64,000 nt of DNA from NCBI RefSeq assembly GCF_009914755.1, contig NC_060947.1. One strand, written 5' to 3'. The notes beneath the pieces are model-generated. The model was not told the origin of the DNA. It saw nothing but the letters and a program-made list of their open reading frames with translations, and made no database searches. The translations under genes were made by a program, and so were the position numbers. The DNA comes from the human T2T-CHM13v2.0 reference genome, Homo sapiens. Below, in pieces: positions 1-14,654 of this stretch. Each line of letters starts with the position of its first letter. Position 1 is the stretch's first letter.

Positions 1-1167
1 ATTTTCTACTTCTCTTTTCTCTCTGAGTGTAAAATGAAACATTATTTAACTAGCTAAATAAAAACGTTTTTTGTGAGAAATAATTTTCTCTCAGTACTTC
101 AATAATCTGTTTATATAAACTTTGACCACAGATCCATTACTGTTTTAATTAATTCAAAACTGGAGAGAAATAACATAATTGGCAGATTAAAATATGAAAT
201 TAATTTTAAATCCCTTATAACGAAATATGACTTAGTATCCTAATAATGCATTTCATTTTATTTTGTTTTCTTCCAAACATGCAAAGAGCTAATCACCGAT
301 AAGTGGCACTATTTAAACACTTAGAAAAATATTAAGCGTTATTCCTGTCTTGGGTGATTGTGTATATGCTTCTTATCTGACAATCGGCAGCAGGTGAATT
401 ACATGGCTTTCCAAATGACTGCATTGCCAATCCATCCTCTCCCACCTAAATGACTGATTCCTATCATTGCTGCCTCCCAAGGGGCTCTCTTGCACTGATA
501 TGGGTGTTGACGGTCCTAAAATGGCATTTAAAGCTTCCAACAACCATCGTTGGTGCAACCGTATAAACAACCTTTTAGAAAACACTGAATAGGGATCCTT
601 TCCTGCTGGCAGAGATGGGATGGGATACAGGCATGGCATTGCAGAAAAGCAAATTGTTGGTTCTCACTCAAATTAACTTCATAACAAATCTGGGCCTCAG
701 TTTATTCATCTGGAAAACAGGCGATTGCCTATAAGGTTTTCGCTCAACCTGTGGTTCTCAGAATCCATATGAGCTCTCCCTGTGCTATAGAATCAGCACT
801 CTATTAACCAAAGAAATGGAGGAGGGAGCCCTGAACACCCCCAATCCTCATTAAAACAGGATGCAGGAGCAATCACAACCAATATCTAGTAACATATTAA
901 GCACCCTGCAGACATAAACCCAAACTTAAAGAAATATGAGAGCAGGGCAGGTATCCACAATTTCATGTACAGCAAAAAGGCTACAACCACCTATGCCCAT
1001 AGATACATCTCACACATGCAATGGACTCAGAAGGCTTTATGAGTTTTGGGTGCCATGGGAAACCTGCTTGTTCTGGCCAACGGCTCCTCTTCACTGCTGA
1101 CCTGAGTCATGACGTTGTTCCTTATGGCCTCAACCCTGGTTGGCACCCGCATCCATCGAGCCACTCA

Positions 1168-1523
<356 letters not shown>

Positions 1524-1814
1524 TTATGTTTACCTCCCTCAGATCTCTTTTTCTCCATACTCCTCAGGGTTTCTCTTCTGTTGAGTAAGTGCTTTGTGAA
1601 TCCAGGGTCGTGTTGAAAGATCTTAGAATAGATTTGGGAGATTCGAGTCTCACAGTCTTTAGAGCTAAGTCCCAAACTTTGCTCTGAAATATCCCCGTCC
1701 CTTTATTCCTCCCTCTTTGCCTCCCAATCTTAAAAGTACATAGAGCAAAGAGCCCCCTAGATCCCCAATTGTCATGTGAAACATTTTTTCCTGACCACAC
1801 AGAACCACTAACAT

Positions 1815-1950
1815 ACAGAATCCCAGTGTCCTCATTGGTACAATAGGATAACACAAGATCTGTCTCAAGGATTAAATAAGATGACGCATAAAAATCACTT
1901 TGCATAGCATCTGCTGTTCAGGAAGTGCTCAACAAACATGAGCTATTCTT
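1815..1950 (+). mobile_element. MIR fragment
   Basis: CAGTGTCCTCATTGGTACAATAGGATAA...GGATTAAATAAGATGA...AAGTGCTCAACAAACATGAGCTATT resembles the MIR core and 3' end. Confidence 0.6.
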
Positions 1951-2327
1951 ATATTGTATTTTTTTCATTTAATTTCAAACTATATATGTCTTATATATCA
2001 AACTATTGCTGATTTATAATGATGGTGTCTTCTTAGAAATTTATAATCTGTTATTATTTACTGCAGTTAATTCACCAACTTGTTATTGTACCCTTCCATA
2101 AAGAAGAATTAACTATATTTGGATTCTATGTTCTGATAATATGCACATATGTTTCTTCCTATGCATACGAATCACAGAGTTCTACTAACTCTATTCCTAT
2201 CAGATAGAATTGACAAATTCTGTGATATTATTTGCATTATTTTCTACCAAAATACAAAGAATTTGCATTACTTATATCTTGAAGAATATCAGATTGACAT
2301 ATAAATCATCCTTGCCAGTTTTTATGA

Positions 2328-2800
<473 letters not shown>

Positions 2801-3364
2801 TAACATAACTGTAGGAGTGAGGATGGCACCAGGAGGGAGGCTGCAGTCATGAGCAGCCTCCATGCCATCCGAAGAGCATCCCTGTGTGAATAGGAGAGAC
2901 TAGAGTGCCTCTTTCCGAGGAGAAAAGGATGGAGATCCTTCCAGTGTGGGGCATAAGGTTAACCCTGACTTCGTGCTGTGATGTGTCGCTGGAGTCTGCT
3001 GCAGTTTACCTCTTTTCATGAATTTGCAGGCAATAAAAAAAGGTCATAGAGTCACATGACACAGAATTCCAAGCCTGCAAGGGTTTTAAAGTCCATCTTG
3101 TCAACCTCCCCAAACGCCACTTAGATCCTGTCCACAGTGTCTTCATATCAAGTGGCTATTTGAATGCATTTTTCTCCTTAGAAGGGCTATTGCTCTACCT
3201 ACCTGAGGAGCACTTTATGAAGAATTTCAGGTGATTCCTTAATTAAATGGGGTCGACATGTACTTAAAAGCCTCTTAGGAACTGTGAAATAGAATCCTAA
3301 TTTAGGCAAAGTTTCTCCTGGTCTGTCATAAAACCGAACATGGGACTGAATGTCCAAAATAATA

Positions 3365-3600
3365 ACAACAACAATAATAATAGCTAAATTTATTAAATCT
3401 TTAATAAGTGTTAGTCCTGCACAATAAAAGGTAAACACTGTTGACCCATGCAATTTCGACAATCCATGCACATGGGATGTACCATTATTTCTATATAAAG
3501 AGGAGCAACCTGTATATAAGAACCTTATAAAAGATGCAAACCTGTATATAAGAACTTAGAGAAGTTTCAAATGTTGTCCAAGAACCTATTATAGAGGCCA
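3365..3600 (-). mobile_element. MIR fragment (degenerate) with internal ~20-bp duplication
   Basis: AATAATAATAGCTAAATTTATT...ACCATTATTTCTAT...AGAGAAGTT..TGTCCAAG; ACCTGTATATAAGAAC occurs twice. Confidence 0.5.
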
Positions 3601-4596
3601 CGTGATCACTGATTTTTTTTTCCTAAAAATAATGTATGCAGTATGTGTGTATTTTAGAGTTTACAAACTTTTTTGGCACACATTATTTCTATTTGATTTT
3701 CATTCTCAGATGCTCGTGAGATTCTTCTCCAAATATATCATGCCTGTCATCTATTTTTGTACTTTTCATTAGAGAGCTGAAAAGTATTATCTTTAGAACA
3801 TCATCCACATCTTAGAAACAAAGGGAGTTGAGTTGGGGCTTAAATGCTGCCTCTGTAATTTGTTCTGGACCCAAGAAAATTTCTTATCCAGGTTTTGGTA
3901 CAGAGGCAGAGAGTCACCAGTATTCTCAAGCAGACTTTAAAATGGTTAGCTAAAATGGTTAACTAAGACACTTAGCATAAACTCTTCTCCCTCACCCAAG
4001 CCTCTGCATTCTCACTGAAGCCACATTAAAGCCAGATGGAGCCAGTAGCTGTGAGGTTCCTTCCTGGCCACTAGAGGCCAGCAAGCCTCAGTTAAGAACC
4101 TTGGAGTGGCGCATGCTTTTCTTACTTTGTGCGTCTAGTTGGTTCAGTACGAGGAAAATGATCCTGGAATGTTTCTAGAAGAGACATATGGTTCCAATGT
4201 GTACCACTGAGATGCCTCTGGTTTTTCAGACGTCCCAACATTTCCCTGAAAATCAGTCTTGAACAAATTAAGCGAGTAAAGAATGAGTGTTTTTGGCGTG
4301 TCTCTGCCACATCTTCCAAAAGCCCCATGCGTCCCTTTTCATTCTAATGCTTTTTTTCTTCCTTTCCCTGTTTGAAAGAAACGAACAAAAGAATCCAATT
4401 TTATGTGATCTCTTTCCCACCCCCACATTGTTTAATTTCCTGGAAGCAGTAATATCTCACTCCTTCCTCATTTCTCTTGAGGCTAAAAGTCCTGTCTCTC
4501 CCTGACTTTCTATTGCTTGCTTCTCTCTTCCCTCTACCCACTAGGTTGCGCTCGTAGAAGGAGATAGAGGGAGGCTACTGTGGCCGGAGAGAATAA

Positions 4597-5061
<465 letters not shown>

Positions 5062-5149
5062 TGAGAATATCCTTATACTTAGAAAACATATGCTTAAGTA
5101 TTTCAGGTACAGAGCCTTCATATATGCAATTTCCTCTCAAATGGCTCAG

Positions 5150-5405
5150 TTATATATATATATACACACACAATATATAATATATATTATATAATTATAT
5201 AATATATATACACAATGTATAATATATATATTATATAGTTATATAATATATATTATATATACACACATATGTGTATATACGCATATATGTATATATTATA
5301 TATACATATATGCGTATATACACATATATGTATATATTATATACACACACATGTATATATATATGTATGTGTGTCTATATATGTATGTATATAAGAGAGA
5401 GAGAG
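5150..5405. repeat. (TA)n/(CA)n-rich compound simple repeat
   Basis: Directly visible alternating TA/CA/TG tract ending in (GA)n. Confidence 0.95.
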
Positions 5406-5474
5406 AACAAATGACAAAGCAAATGGGGTAAAATGTGAACGATAGGTGACTCTGGATAAAGGCTCTGCTGATCC

Positions 5475-5729
<255 letters not shown>

Positions 5730-6084
5730 CTATATGCTTGGAATTACCTCCAAATATTAAAGCTACTCTTTTAAAATGAAGTTTTTTGTATATAATCATC
5801 TAATTTTTAAAATACACTGCTCACTTTTCCAGAAAGTGGGACTTCAAAGTCACCTTGACACACCTGAGCTGATGAATGGAGGAAGGATGGAGCGGAGGTC
5901 AGAGGAGAACCCCTCCCTAGGTCTGCCCTCTCTAGTCCACTCCTCAGGAAATGAGCCTCCTGTCCGCCCCCCATTCTCTCTCCAGACAAGTATGATTCAG
6001 GTGGATCTTTCCCCTCTCAGCATGTTCTTTATCTCTTCTTTTCAGGTGCTTTGCTTTGGACTGCCTCCCAAAGTGGCACACAGC

Positions 6085-7090
6085 TAATTCAACCCAAGCA
6101 GAGGCTCAAAAGCCCATGTACTAGATGTATAGAGCACCCTTGACATAACTAACTCCATCTTAGAAAAAGACTCCATTTTACATTTCATAGGGCACCTTGC
6201 CAACAAAGATGTTTTGCCTAACAAACAAATAAAAAAATTAAGACTGTATCCAACCAGATAAGAACACAAACAAACATGCTCTTCCACTATCACTTCTCAC
6301 CAGAGGACTCTGTGGCCATGAAAGAGCAGGTTCTCAGCAGCTCAAAATGGCCGTCTTAAGTGACACTGCCTTGCAGTCACTCGTAATAAAAGCTTGACAT
6401 CTGCCACTGAAGGCACTGCCACATTAAAGGCTCTACCTTGCAAGACCGAAGGAACACCCAGCCCAGATCAAGTTTCCTTTTGTCTTCTTTGCTCCCCCTG
6501 GAGTGGTTCATTAGCCCTTTCTCCTATCTCTTTTTCTCTCGGTGTTAAATGTTTCTTTGTTTGTTGTGGAATGTTTAATCTGTAACACTTTGATATTGAA
6601 AGTATGCTTTGCAATATTGACTGACTTGTGGAGTGGCTTGAGCCTGTGTATTCGCAGCTCCGACTACTGAGTGAATGGCAAGTACTAAGGAAAATTGTCT
6701 CCCGGGAAACTCCATGTAGCATGTGGCTTTTGTGGTTGAGATAGCATCAACGAAAGTCTGACATTGTGGAAAGACACAAAGATGCACAGAGCTGGTTATC
6801 TCTAACCTTGCACCGCTCATGACACTAGGCCTCGCTGTCTTGTTGCGCTTAAAACCCTAGGACCACCATGTGAATGAGCCTGAACTAGCCTGTTGGAGGA
6901 CAAGAGACACACGTGTGGCAAAGTCATCCACATTGCCCCAGCTGACACCGAGCTATTTGCGAGACATATGAGTGAGACCATCCTATCCCATCTATGCCTG
7001 GCTGAGCCAACAGCTGGCCACAGACACAGAGCAAGCTTAGCAGACATCAGGGAAACAGTCCAGACAAGAAAAATGCCCCACACCTAACCA
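6085..7090 (+). mobile_element. MLT1 (F/G-like) MaLR LTR, split by an ERV1 LTR
   Basis: CCAAGCAGAGGCTCAAAAG...[insert]...GACCACCATGTGAATGAGCCTGAACTAGCCTGTTGGAGGA...GTGAGACCATCC. Confidence 0.7.
6126..6824 (+). mobile_element. ERV1 solo LTR, MER72-like
   Basis: TG...CA termini (TGTATAGAGCACCCTTGAC...CTCATGACA); AACTCCATCTTAGAAAAAGACTCCAT motif; flanks CTAGA/CTAGG. Confidence 0.75.
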
Positions 7091-7849
7091 GTAGGAATGT
7101 TGTACTTGGACTCTGAGGTTCTGACCGTAGCATCAGATCACACAGAGAACTACCTTGCTCGCCCGAATGTGTGGCTTTCTCTGGCTTCCTTCTTGGTCAA
7201 CTGGGCTCCAGCCAATGGTCATGTGCTGAAATAAAGAACAGGAAAGTACTGTGACATGGAACATTATGACTTATTTCTTTTTGGAATTTCTACCTAGAAT
7301 GCAGCTTCTCTAAGGCTGTAAAATCATTGCCCTGAGAAGAGCAGTCAATTTTTCATGATAAGTTGCTATTCTCTTTAAGAAGTGAAACAGTTAAATATAT
7401 ATGTGGCCTGCTTGTCTTGATGACAGGTTCTATCTAGAGGGTGATATCTTTATCAAGAAGTAGTCAAGATGTAGATGAGTACTAGAGGGATTACTAGAAA
7501 AACACTCCTCTGCTGTATATTTCATAATAGTAACGACCCCATCTATCTCCAGAGAGGGAAGGAGGCAGCAGCCAGAAAGGGTTTTGTAGTTCTGTGAATA
7601 AAGGTTTATTACTTTCCTCTACCTTCCATCAATCAGCTCAATGTTAGGAGAACTAAAAAGGAAAAAGCAAACCTAATCTTTGTGTCTGCTCATAAAATAA
7701 CATGGGCAGAATATTCCCTGTTTCCTGACCTTGAAAGTAACTTTTTCAAAGTTGGATAAAACCAGGGAACATGGTTTGATTAGAACTGGAAACTGGAAGA
7801 GAGGATCTGGAGCTTTGAACCTCAGTGTCAACATTTGTCCAGCTATCAC

Positions 7850-8500
7850 AGTTCAAGTCTGCAAACATTTGTGGGTACTACTCTGTGCAGGAAGCAAGGT
7901 AGATGATGCAGAGAATACAGAGATGCACAGGACAAGGTTTCTGCCCACTCTAGGCTCACAAAATATCAGGCAGTGAGCAACCCTATCCAACAGAAGGTAA
8001 TAGGTGATAGAAGCAGAGGACAAACAAATGAAGAAACAGGGAAGGGATGAATTAATTCCAACTTTGGGGCCAGAACAATTTAATAGAGGAGGTGAGCTTT
8101 GAGAAGAAACTTCACTTCCATAGGCAGAAGTGGTAGGGATGATGGCTGCCTGAGAGACTGGGATAACTGGGGCAGCTGCCCTGGATTGAGACATGGAAGC
8201 CGTATCTTGAGAATTTCCTATCCTTGGACTATTATGTGAGAGAGAATACACTTACATCTTGTTTAAGCCACTGTTTTTTAAAAAGTGGGCGAGAAGGGAA
8301 ATTCTAGACAAACAGGCAGGCATGAGCAAAGGCAGAAAACTGGAAAATGTGCTAAGCAGAGCAGAAATTACAAGGATCCCATGAAAATTGAATGGGCAGT
8401 AGGGCTAGAGTGTGGAAAGAAGAAGGTTGTAGAGAGATTGTTGGAAAGGTAGACTGGGGTAAAGGTAACAGAGGACCTGAATGTATGCTGCATATTGAAT
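7850..8500 (-). mobile_element. L2 fragments with an MLT1 fragment (~8125-8278) between them
   Basis: CAAACATTTGTGGGTACTACTCTGTGCAGG and GGCATGAGCAAAGGCAGAAAACTGGAAAATGTG are L2-like; TGTGAGAGAGAATACAC..TTGTTTAAGCCACTG is an MLT1 3' end. Confidence 0.5.
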
Positions 8501-9059
8501 TTGAAAACATCATTTCCCCCATAAAGAATTTTCTTTGCTACTGTGAGGTCTGGGGTCACTAGTAATTCAGGATCACTCAATCAAATTTTAGGGCATGAAG
8601 TTTTTTGGGTCTCTTGGATGACTTGAGGTCGTGCTGCAAGTTCATGGTAGGTTTGTTTCTAGCTCTTCCTGACTCCTAGGGTGATTTACCAGGGGCCCCA
8701 CCCTTGAAAGGCCTTAGATTCTGACTTTTGTCCTCCTAATCTTGAGAAACTGTCAAAGCACAACTGGGTCTCTCAGCTTCCCAGTCAGGATTAACAATGG
8801 CTCCCAGGGCAAAAGCCGCCTAGATACTGTGCCACTTTTCTGAATTTCCTGTGACAGTAGTTGTTCCTCACTATTTTGTTACCTTCTTGATACTTTTAAG
8901 AAGATTTGGAAAAATTGTCCAGCTCCTTTGCTAGTGCATTGTTCTGAATTATCTAGTGCTCCTTACGGGGTGTGGCAAGTTCTACTGAATTGCTACTTTC
9001 GATTTATGATCAGAAATCTGAAACAGACTCTCAATCCATTTAGAAAACCATATTTTTTG

Positions 9060-9142
9060 CAAACATCATGGTGATAACTGATTAAGGTAAGAACCATCAA
9101 TGAATAATAAAACTAGTGGATTCAAGATCTGTATTGCAAGAG

Positions 9143-9187
<45 letters not shown>

Positions 9188-9320
9188 TGAGAATGATATA
9201 GCCAATGTCGCAAACAGCATTGTTAGCAATTGATAAACTGAATGAAGGATTTATGGGAGCTTTTAGTTCTACCCTTTCAACTTTTCTGTAGGTTTAGAAT
9301 TATTTTAAAAGAAAATGTTA
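9060..9320 (+). mobile_element. Old L1M 3' fragment containing (GA)n at 9147-9184
   Basis: CATGGTGATAACTGATT..AAGAACCATCAATG...AAACTAGTGG and GAAGGATTTATGGGAGCTTTT...CAACTTTTCTGTAGGTTT. Confidence 0.6.
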
Positions 9321-9529
9321 AAGGAAAGAGAGACTAACTGTGTTAAAAGCTGTTTGAGAACCAACCTTTGGATTGAACAAGATGGAGATCTCAATGTATT
9401 TCAGATTTCTGATCCTAAATCGAAAGTAGCAATTCTGATCATAAATCTAAAGTGTCGAGTAATTCTAATACATCAAATAATCCATTTTCTTTTTCTCTGA
9501 GATAACTGATGTTCTTATTTCTCCTCAAA

Positions 9530-10110
9530 ATTTCAGCACCCCTTTCTGCCTCCTCACTCTCAGCTGGTGCTCCCAGTTCTTACTACAGTGGAGTTTAGAA
9601 ACAAAATGAAGAGAATGACTTTCTCTTTCCAATGCTTGTCATCATAACTGCATCTCTACCCATGTATTTCTCCTATACATGGATGAAGTGTCTGAACTCC
9701 TGCTAGGGCCAAGTGGTTCACTTATCACTGGATGCCATCCCTTTGTGTATCCTCAGTGACTTTTCTTCTGTCATTTGTCCCTTTCTCATGTATCCTGTCT
9801 TTTTCTTTTCTTGCTGCATCATTGTAAAAACACTCCCACCATATATGTAAGAAGTTTCATATTGAAAACCACAACTCTCTCCTAACCACACATTCCCATT
9901 CAGTTAAGCAAAACTCCCCAAAGGAGTTGTCTCTCACTTGCTGCTCCTTTCTGAATCTCCCATTCTCTGGTCAGCAGATTCCAATTCTGCTTTCATTCTC
10001 AGCACTCGGCTGAAACCTTTCCTGACATGGTTGTTCATGACCTCCATCTTGTTCGATCCAAAGGTCAAATCTCAAACAGCTTTTAACATAGTTGGTCTCC
10101 CTTTCCTTAA
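9530..10110 (+). mobile_element. L2 fragment
   Basis: CCTCCTCACTCTCAGCTG.., CTCCTGCTAGGGCC..CTGGATGCCATCCC, GACCTCCATCTTG..ATCCAAAGGTCAA are L2 ORF-region-like. Confidence 0.55.
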
Positions 10111-10114
10111 ACTT

Positions 10115-11150
10115 TTTCTTTTAAAATAATTCTAATCTTACAGAAATGTTGAAAGAGTGGAAGAAAAAACTCCCATAAATCCTTCATTCAGTTTATCAAT
10201 TGCTAACATTACTAACTGTTTGCCACATTGGCTATATCATTCTCATTTTCTCTGTCTCTGTCTCTGTCTCTCTCCTTGCAATATAGATCTTGAATCCATT
10301 AGTTTTAGTATCCATTGATGATTCTTACCTGAATCAGTTATCACCATGATGCTTGCAACAATATGGTTTTCTAAATCATCATTCCATCTAGATGTATTAG
10401 CTGTTATTAGTTAGCATGTAAGAAAGAGCTTTTTCTTTATCTACCAGTCTGTTAATCTATCCATCCATCCATTCATCCATCAGTATGGACTTACATCCAT
10501 CAGTATGGACTTACTTTTTATTTTATTCAGTGGGTTATAGTTCATTGCTGCCATTATATATTTTAATGTTAAATTGTCCCATATTTGGCCAGTGGAATCC
10601 CCTTCAGGCTACTTCTGTGTACTTTTGACATACCCCATTATTTTCTGAATACTTTCTTACTTTCTGATACACACAGAAAATAATGCTTCAGGCTCATCCT
10701 GTACTTTCTATGTGCTAGCCCTGGAATCGGCTGTTTGTTCAAGGATCCTTGGTTCCTTTTAGTGGGAAATGGTACTTAGAAACAAAGATCTAATATGAAG
10801 TGTTTTTGTTGCTACTGTGATGTTTTGCTTTCCTTACAGTGAAAAGAGATTAGAAATAATTGGAGTTCATCACAATACACCATCAAATTACTCTTCCCAG
10901 TCTTCACTCAATCCATATTTATATCTTCTTTTTTCAACAGTGAGAAACCTGGCTCCCAATATTATCAATATATTTACTCATTTTCTCAATCCTACAACAC
11001 AGAGTAAAGATTTCAAAATTGCAAACCCACACCACTGAGAAAAATGAAATAAAACCCATCAACTAGAGTTCAAGATTTGCAAGCAGTTCTTTTTGTCTTT
11101 AGATTGAGGATATATCATCAACATGCTGTGTTCAAAAGTTAGCATCTCTT
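10115..11150 (-). mobile_element. Old L1 (L1MC/ME) 3' fragment
   Basis: AAATTGTCCCATATTTGGCCAGTGG.ATCCCCTTCAGGCT, CAGGCTCATCCTGTAC, GCCCTGGAATC, GGTTCCTTTTAGTGGGAAATGGTA. Confidence 0.75.
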
Positions 11151-11249
11151 ACCAATTCTGTGTTTAGTAAAGCCACATTAATAACTTGAAATCAGACACA
11201 AGGGAATTATTCCCTTATTTCTGACAACACTTTTTCTTATACTTCATAT

Positions 11250-11970
11250 GTAGTCTATCAAATTATGTCCATAATCTGGCCACTTTTTACAGTGCAGATC
11301 ATGTTCTAGCAGCTATATCTCTCACAAAACTATTGCAATGCCTTCTGATCTAGTCTCTCTACTTCCACTACTACTCACCCAACAGTCAATGTGAGCAAAT
11401 CATGTCACTCTCCTCCTCAAAATTCCCGAACAGATTTCCCCATGCCTAAAATAAAAAGTAATCTCCTTATCATGGTCTACAAGACCTTTTATTATCTAGG
11501 CCCACCCACCTTATGATGTCATCTCCTACAGGTTTCCCCTCTCCTCACCAAGCCTGCTGCTGCAGTCACATTAGCAGCCATTTTGATGTTTTTTAAACAC
11601 ACCAAACTCATTTCTCCCTCAAGGACTTTGTACTTGCTGCTACATCTGCCTGAAACTGTCTTTTTTTCTGGGGGGTGAAATGGACTTTATACAGCTTTCT
11701 CCCTCACTACAGCCAGGGCTCTGTTCAAATGTCACCTCCTTTGAGAGGCATTCCCTGAAAATCCCATCTAAATTTGCATCACTTATTTGCATCACTCTCA
11801 AACTCCTTAGCCTGCTATTTTTTTCAAAGCATTTATTATCATCTTATCGCCATCTCCAGAATGCCTGCATTAATTATTTTCATGCTCACCACATATTCCC
11901 AGTGATTTGAACAGTATACCTGGCACATGGCATTTAATAAATATTTATTGAATAATTGAATAAGTGAACA
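11250..11970 (+). mobile_element. L2 3' end
   Basis: CAAATGTCACCTCCTTTGAGAGGCATTCCCTGA and terminal CCTGGCACAT..TAATAAATATTTATTGAATAATTGAAT. Confidence 0.75.
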
Positions 11971-12777
11971 AATTAATTATAAATTTTGGAGCTCAAATCT
12001 TCTTTGGGATCCTCACATTGCTGAGAAATCATTTTAGTTAATTCCCATTTGTCTTCCTAATGGCTACTTCAGGCATTTACTGTTTTGGATTTGTTTTATG
12101 TTTTTTTTTTTTTTTTTTTTTCCAAATCTCTCTCCTGTTTAGTTCAGTAGATAGTCATGGAGAATATTTGCTTTCCTTTCTTAGTTTCCTGGAAGGTTTA
12201 GGAGGCTTTTTTAATGTTCCCATATCCGTAAAGTACAAGTTATAAATGTGCTTTCCAGCTACATTTTTTTTTTTTGAAGCAAGGATGATGGCGGTGGCAC
12301 TAGTGCTGGCTCTATAACATCTTTATGCAAATTAGAAAAAGTGTCCCCTCTGGATAGATGCTGTCCCAGGAACTCACAGTGAAGTGGGAACAGAGTGCTC
12401 TTATGTGAATTAGGAAAAAAGCCCTAACAGACATGGTTACCTTGTTTACTGAGAAAATAATACCCTTCAAGTAATTCTCATACACTCTCAACCTTATCCT
12501 TCCCTCCTTCCTGCCTGCCTTGGGAGAAGTACTAATGTTTCTAAGGACTTTGATCAAGGCTGGCATCTCTACATAGGTGCTTTGTTCCTATCATGCACCA
12601 CAACATATACTGTATCCATTATCCTCATTCTCTCTGGAATTCTGATCTTCTCCAACTTGCTTCCTCCTTTCCGAACAGGAATGGGTTCAAATTGCCACAA
12701 CTCTAAGGAAATCTTCTTTATTGTCACCATCACTTCCAACCCTGGTAAACAGATGCCTTATCTATTCCTTGACCTCC

Positions 12778-13084
<307 letters not shown>

Positions 13085-13567
13085 AACTATTCCTTGGCTT
13101 CTTATCAAGCACTTGAGAGTAGACTCTACCTCACAGCCATTTCCACCTATGGTTACCCTTCAATTCTAGAAATTGGTGGCTTTTTATTTTCTTCTCATTC
13201 TGTATGACCTTTATGCAGCACTGGGACATGTGGTGGATACCCTATTCTTCTCAAACATTTCATCAATTCGCTTTCAGGGCATTCCTTGCTCCTGATTTTC
13301 TCCTTATCTCTTTGATTGTCACTTGCCTTTTCCTGATTCTTCTCCCTTTTCCAGATCCTCAAAGATTGGAATTTCCTATGGTTTCATCTTCGGGTATTCT
13401 CCCTTTTTACTTTAAACAGTCTAATGAAATACAACTATTCATGTATCATCAACTCCCACTTCCTAGCCAATACGATCAAACCTACATTTCTACTCATTTT
13501 ACTAAATATAGACCATTTTTCTTATCTCTACATAGATTTACTACAGGCACCTCAGACTCAACCTGTC

Positions 13568-14216
13568 TGTATCCTTCACGGTTTTATCAGAGATGCAGAA
13601 CCATTAGGAAATCACATTTATAAGATTTCTTATAAAGACTTGATCTTTTGCACTTATAGAAGCTGGTTAGTGGTGTCAGTAAGGCTGTGGTCTTTACATT
13701 GGATTCTAGGGTTTGAAGTTAGCAAGGCAGGCAGCTAGGAAGGGGAGATGGCTGTAAAATGGAGTGGATCCAAGACAAATATGAACTCATGAGAAAGAAC
13801 TGGAGTCTGTGTCTGTCTTTTACGGCCTGTGTCTACAGCATTGATGATGTCAGTGTCCTACAGTGGAAGCTGGCATCTTTTGTTTTAGAGATAATCATGT
13901 ATCTGGTCTAGGATTCAGAGAAGGGGAAGGAGGATCGGGAGGAAACTGGGGCAGCTCCAGGTCCAGCTGCTACCGCACACCAACAAAGTGAGCCAATAGG
14001 TAAGTGACGATGTGCAGGAACGGCAACATCACCTGGTGCCCCTGAACTGACCTTCGGAGAATAACAAATGTTAATACCAATCCTGCTTGAAGTACATCTT
14101 CTGAATCTTACCCAAAATGTTTTCTGTGACCAACCCTAACCAGAAAAACTCAGGGAAGGTAATTCTGGGAAATAGAAATGAGCCTAGGCAAGTTGACACA
14201 TTACAAAGCCACCACA
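13568..14216 (-). mobile_element. ERVL solo LTR, MLT2-like, inserted in L2
   Basis: TG...CA termini, ends GTTGACACATTACAAAGCCACCACA; flanks CTGTC/CTGTT. Confidence 0.65.
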
Positions 14217-14654
14217 CTGTTTAAAATCAGATTCACTATCTTCCAGGGCCCTCTTACTCAGAAAAGTGATCTTCCTACAACCCTTTCTATTTTAGAATAT
14301 ACCATCACCAATGACCTACTTATCTAACCTAGGAACTTCTGAGTCACCCAAACCATTTATCCTTCTCCAACCCTGCCCACTCCTACTCCTGCCACATCCA
14401 GTCATTCACCATGTCATTTTAATCCTAACCCATCATTTTTGTTCACATTTATCTTCTTCATGCAATCCCGTGCCCTACCTAAGTTTTGTCTGGTCCATAC
14501 GCTAGAAGCACTAGTCCCAGTGTTTCCAGTTCTTCCCCATCCCATTCAACTTCCACATAGCTACCAGGAAGACCTTTCCAAAATTTAGATCTAATCATGA
14601 CATTTCCTTGATATACTATTTTTTTGTAGATCTTTTTATCTACCGAATGTATGA

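Noticed and set aside
1543-1590. Pyrimidine tract + AG, 17/42-nt segment, GTAAGT (possible microexon)
   Set aside because: Motif-only evidence, no frame or partner-exon support; common by chance.
6020-6050. Strong-looking 3' splice site TTCTTTATCTCTTCTTTTCAG
   Set aside because: No good downstream donor; the sequence runs into LTRs.
8590-8990. Possible HAL1/L1M 5'-type remnant
   Set aside because: Resemblance too weak to call without an alignment.
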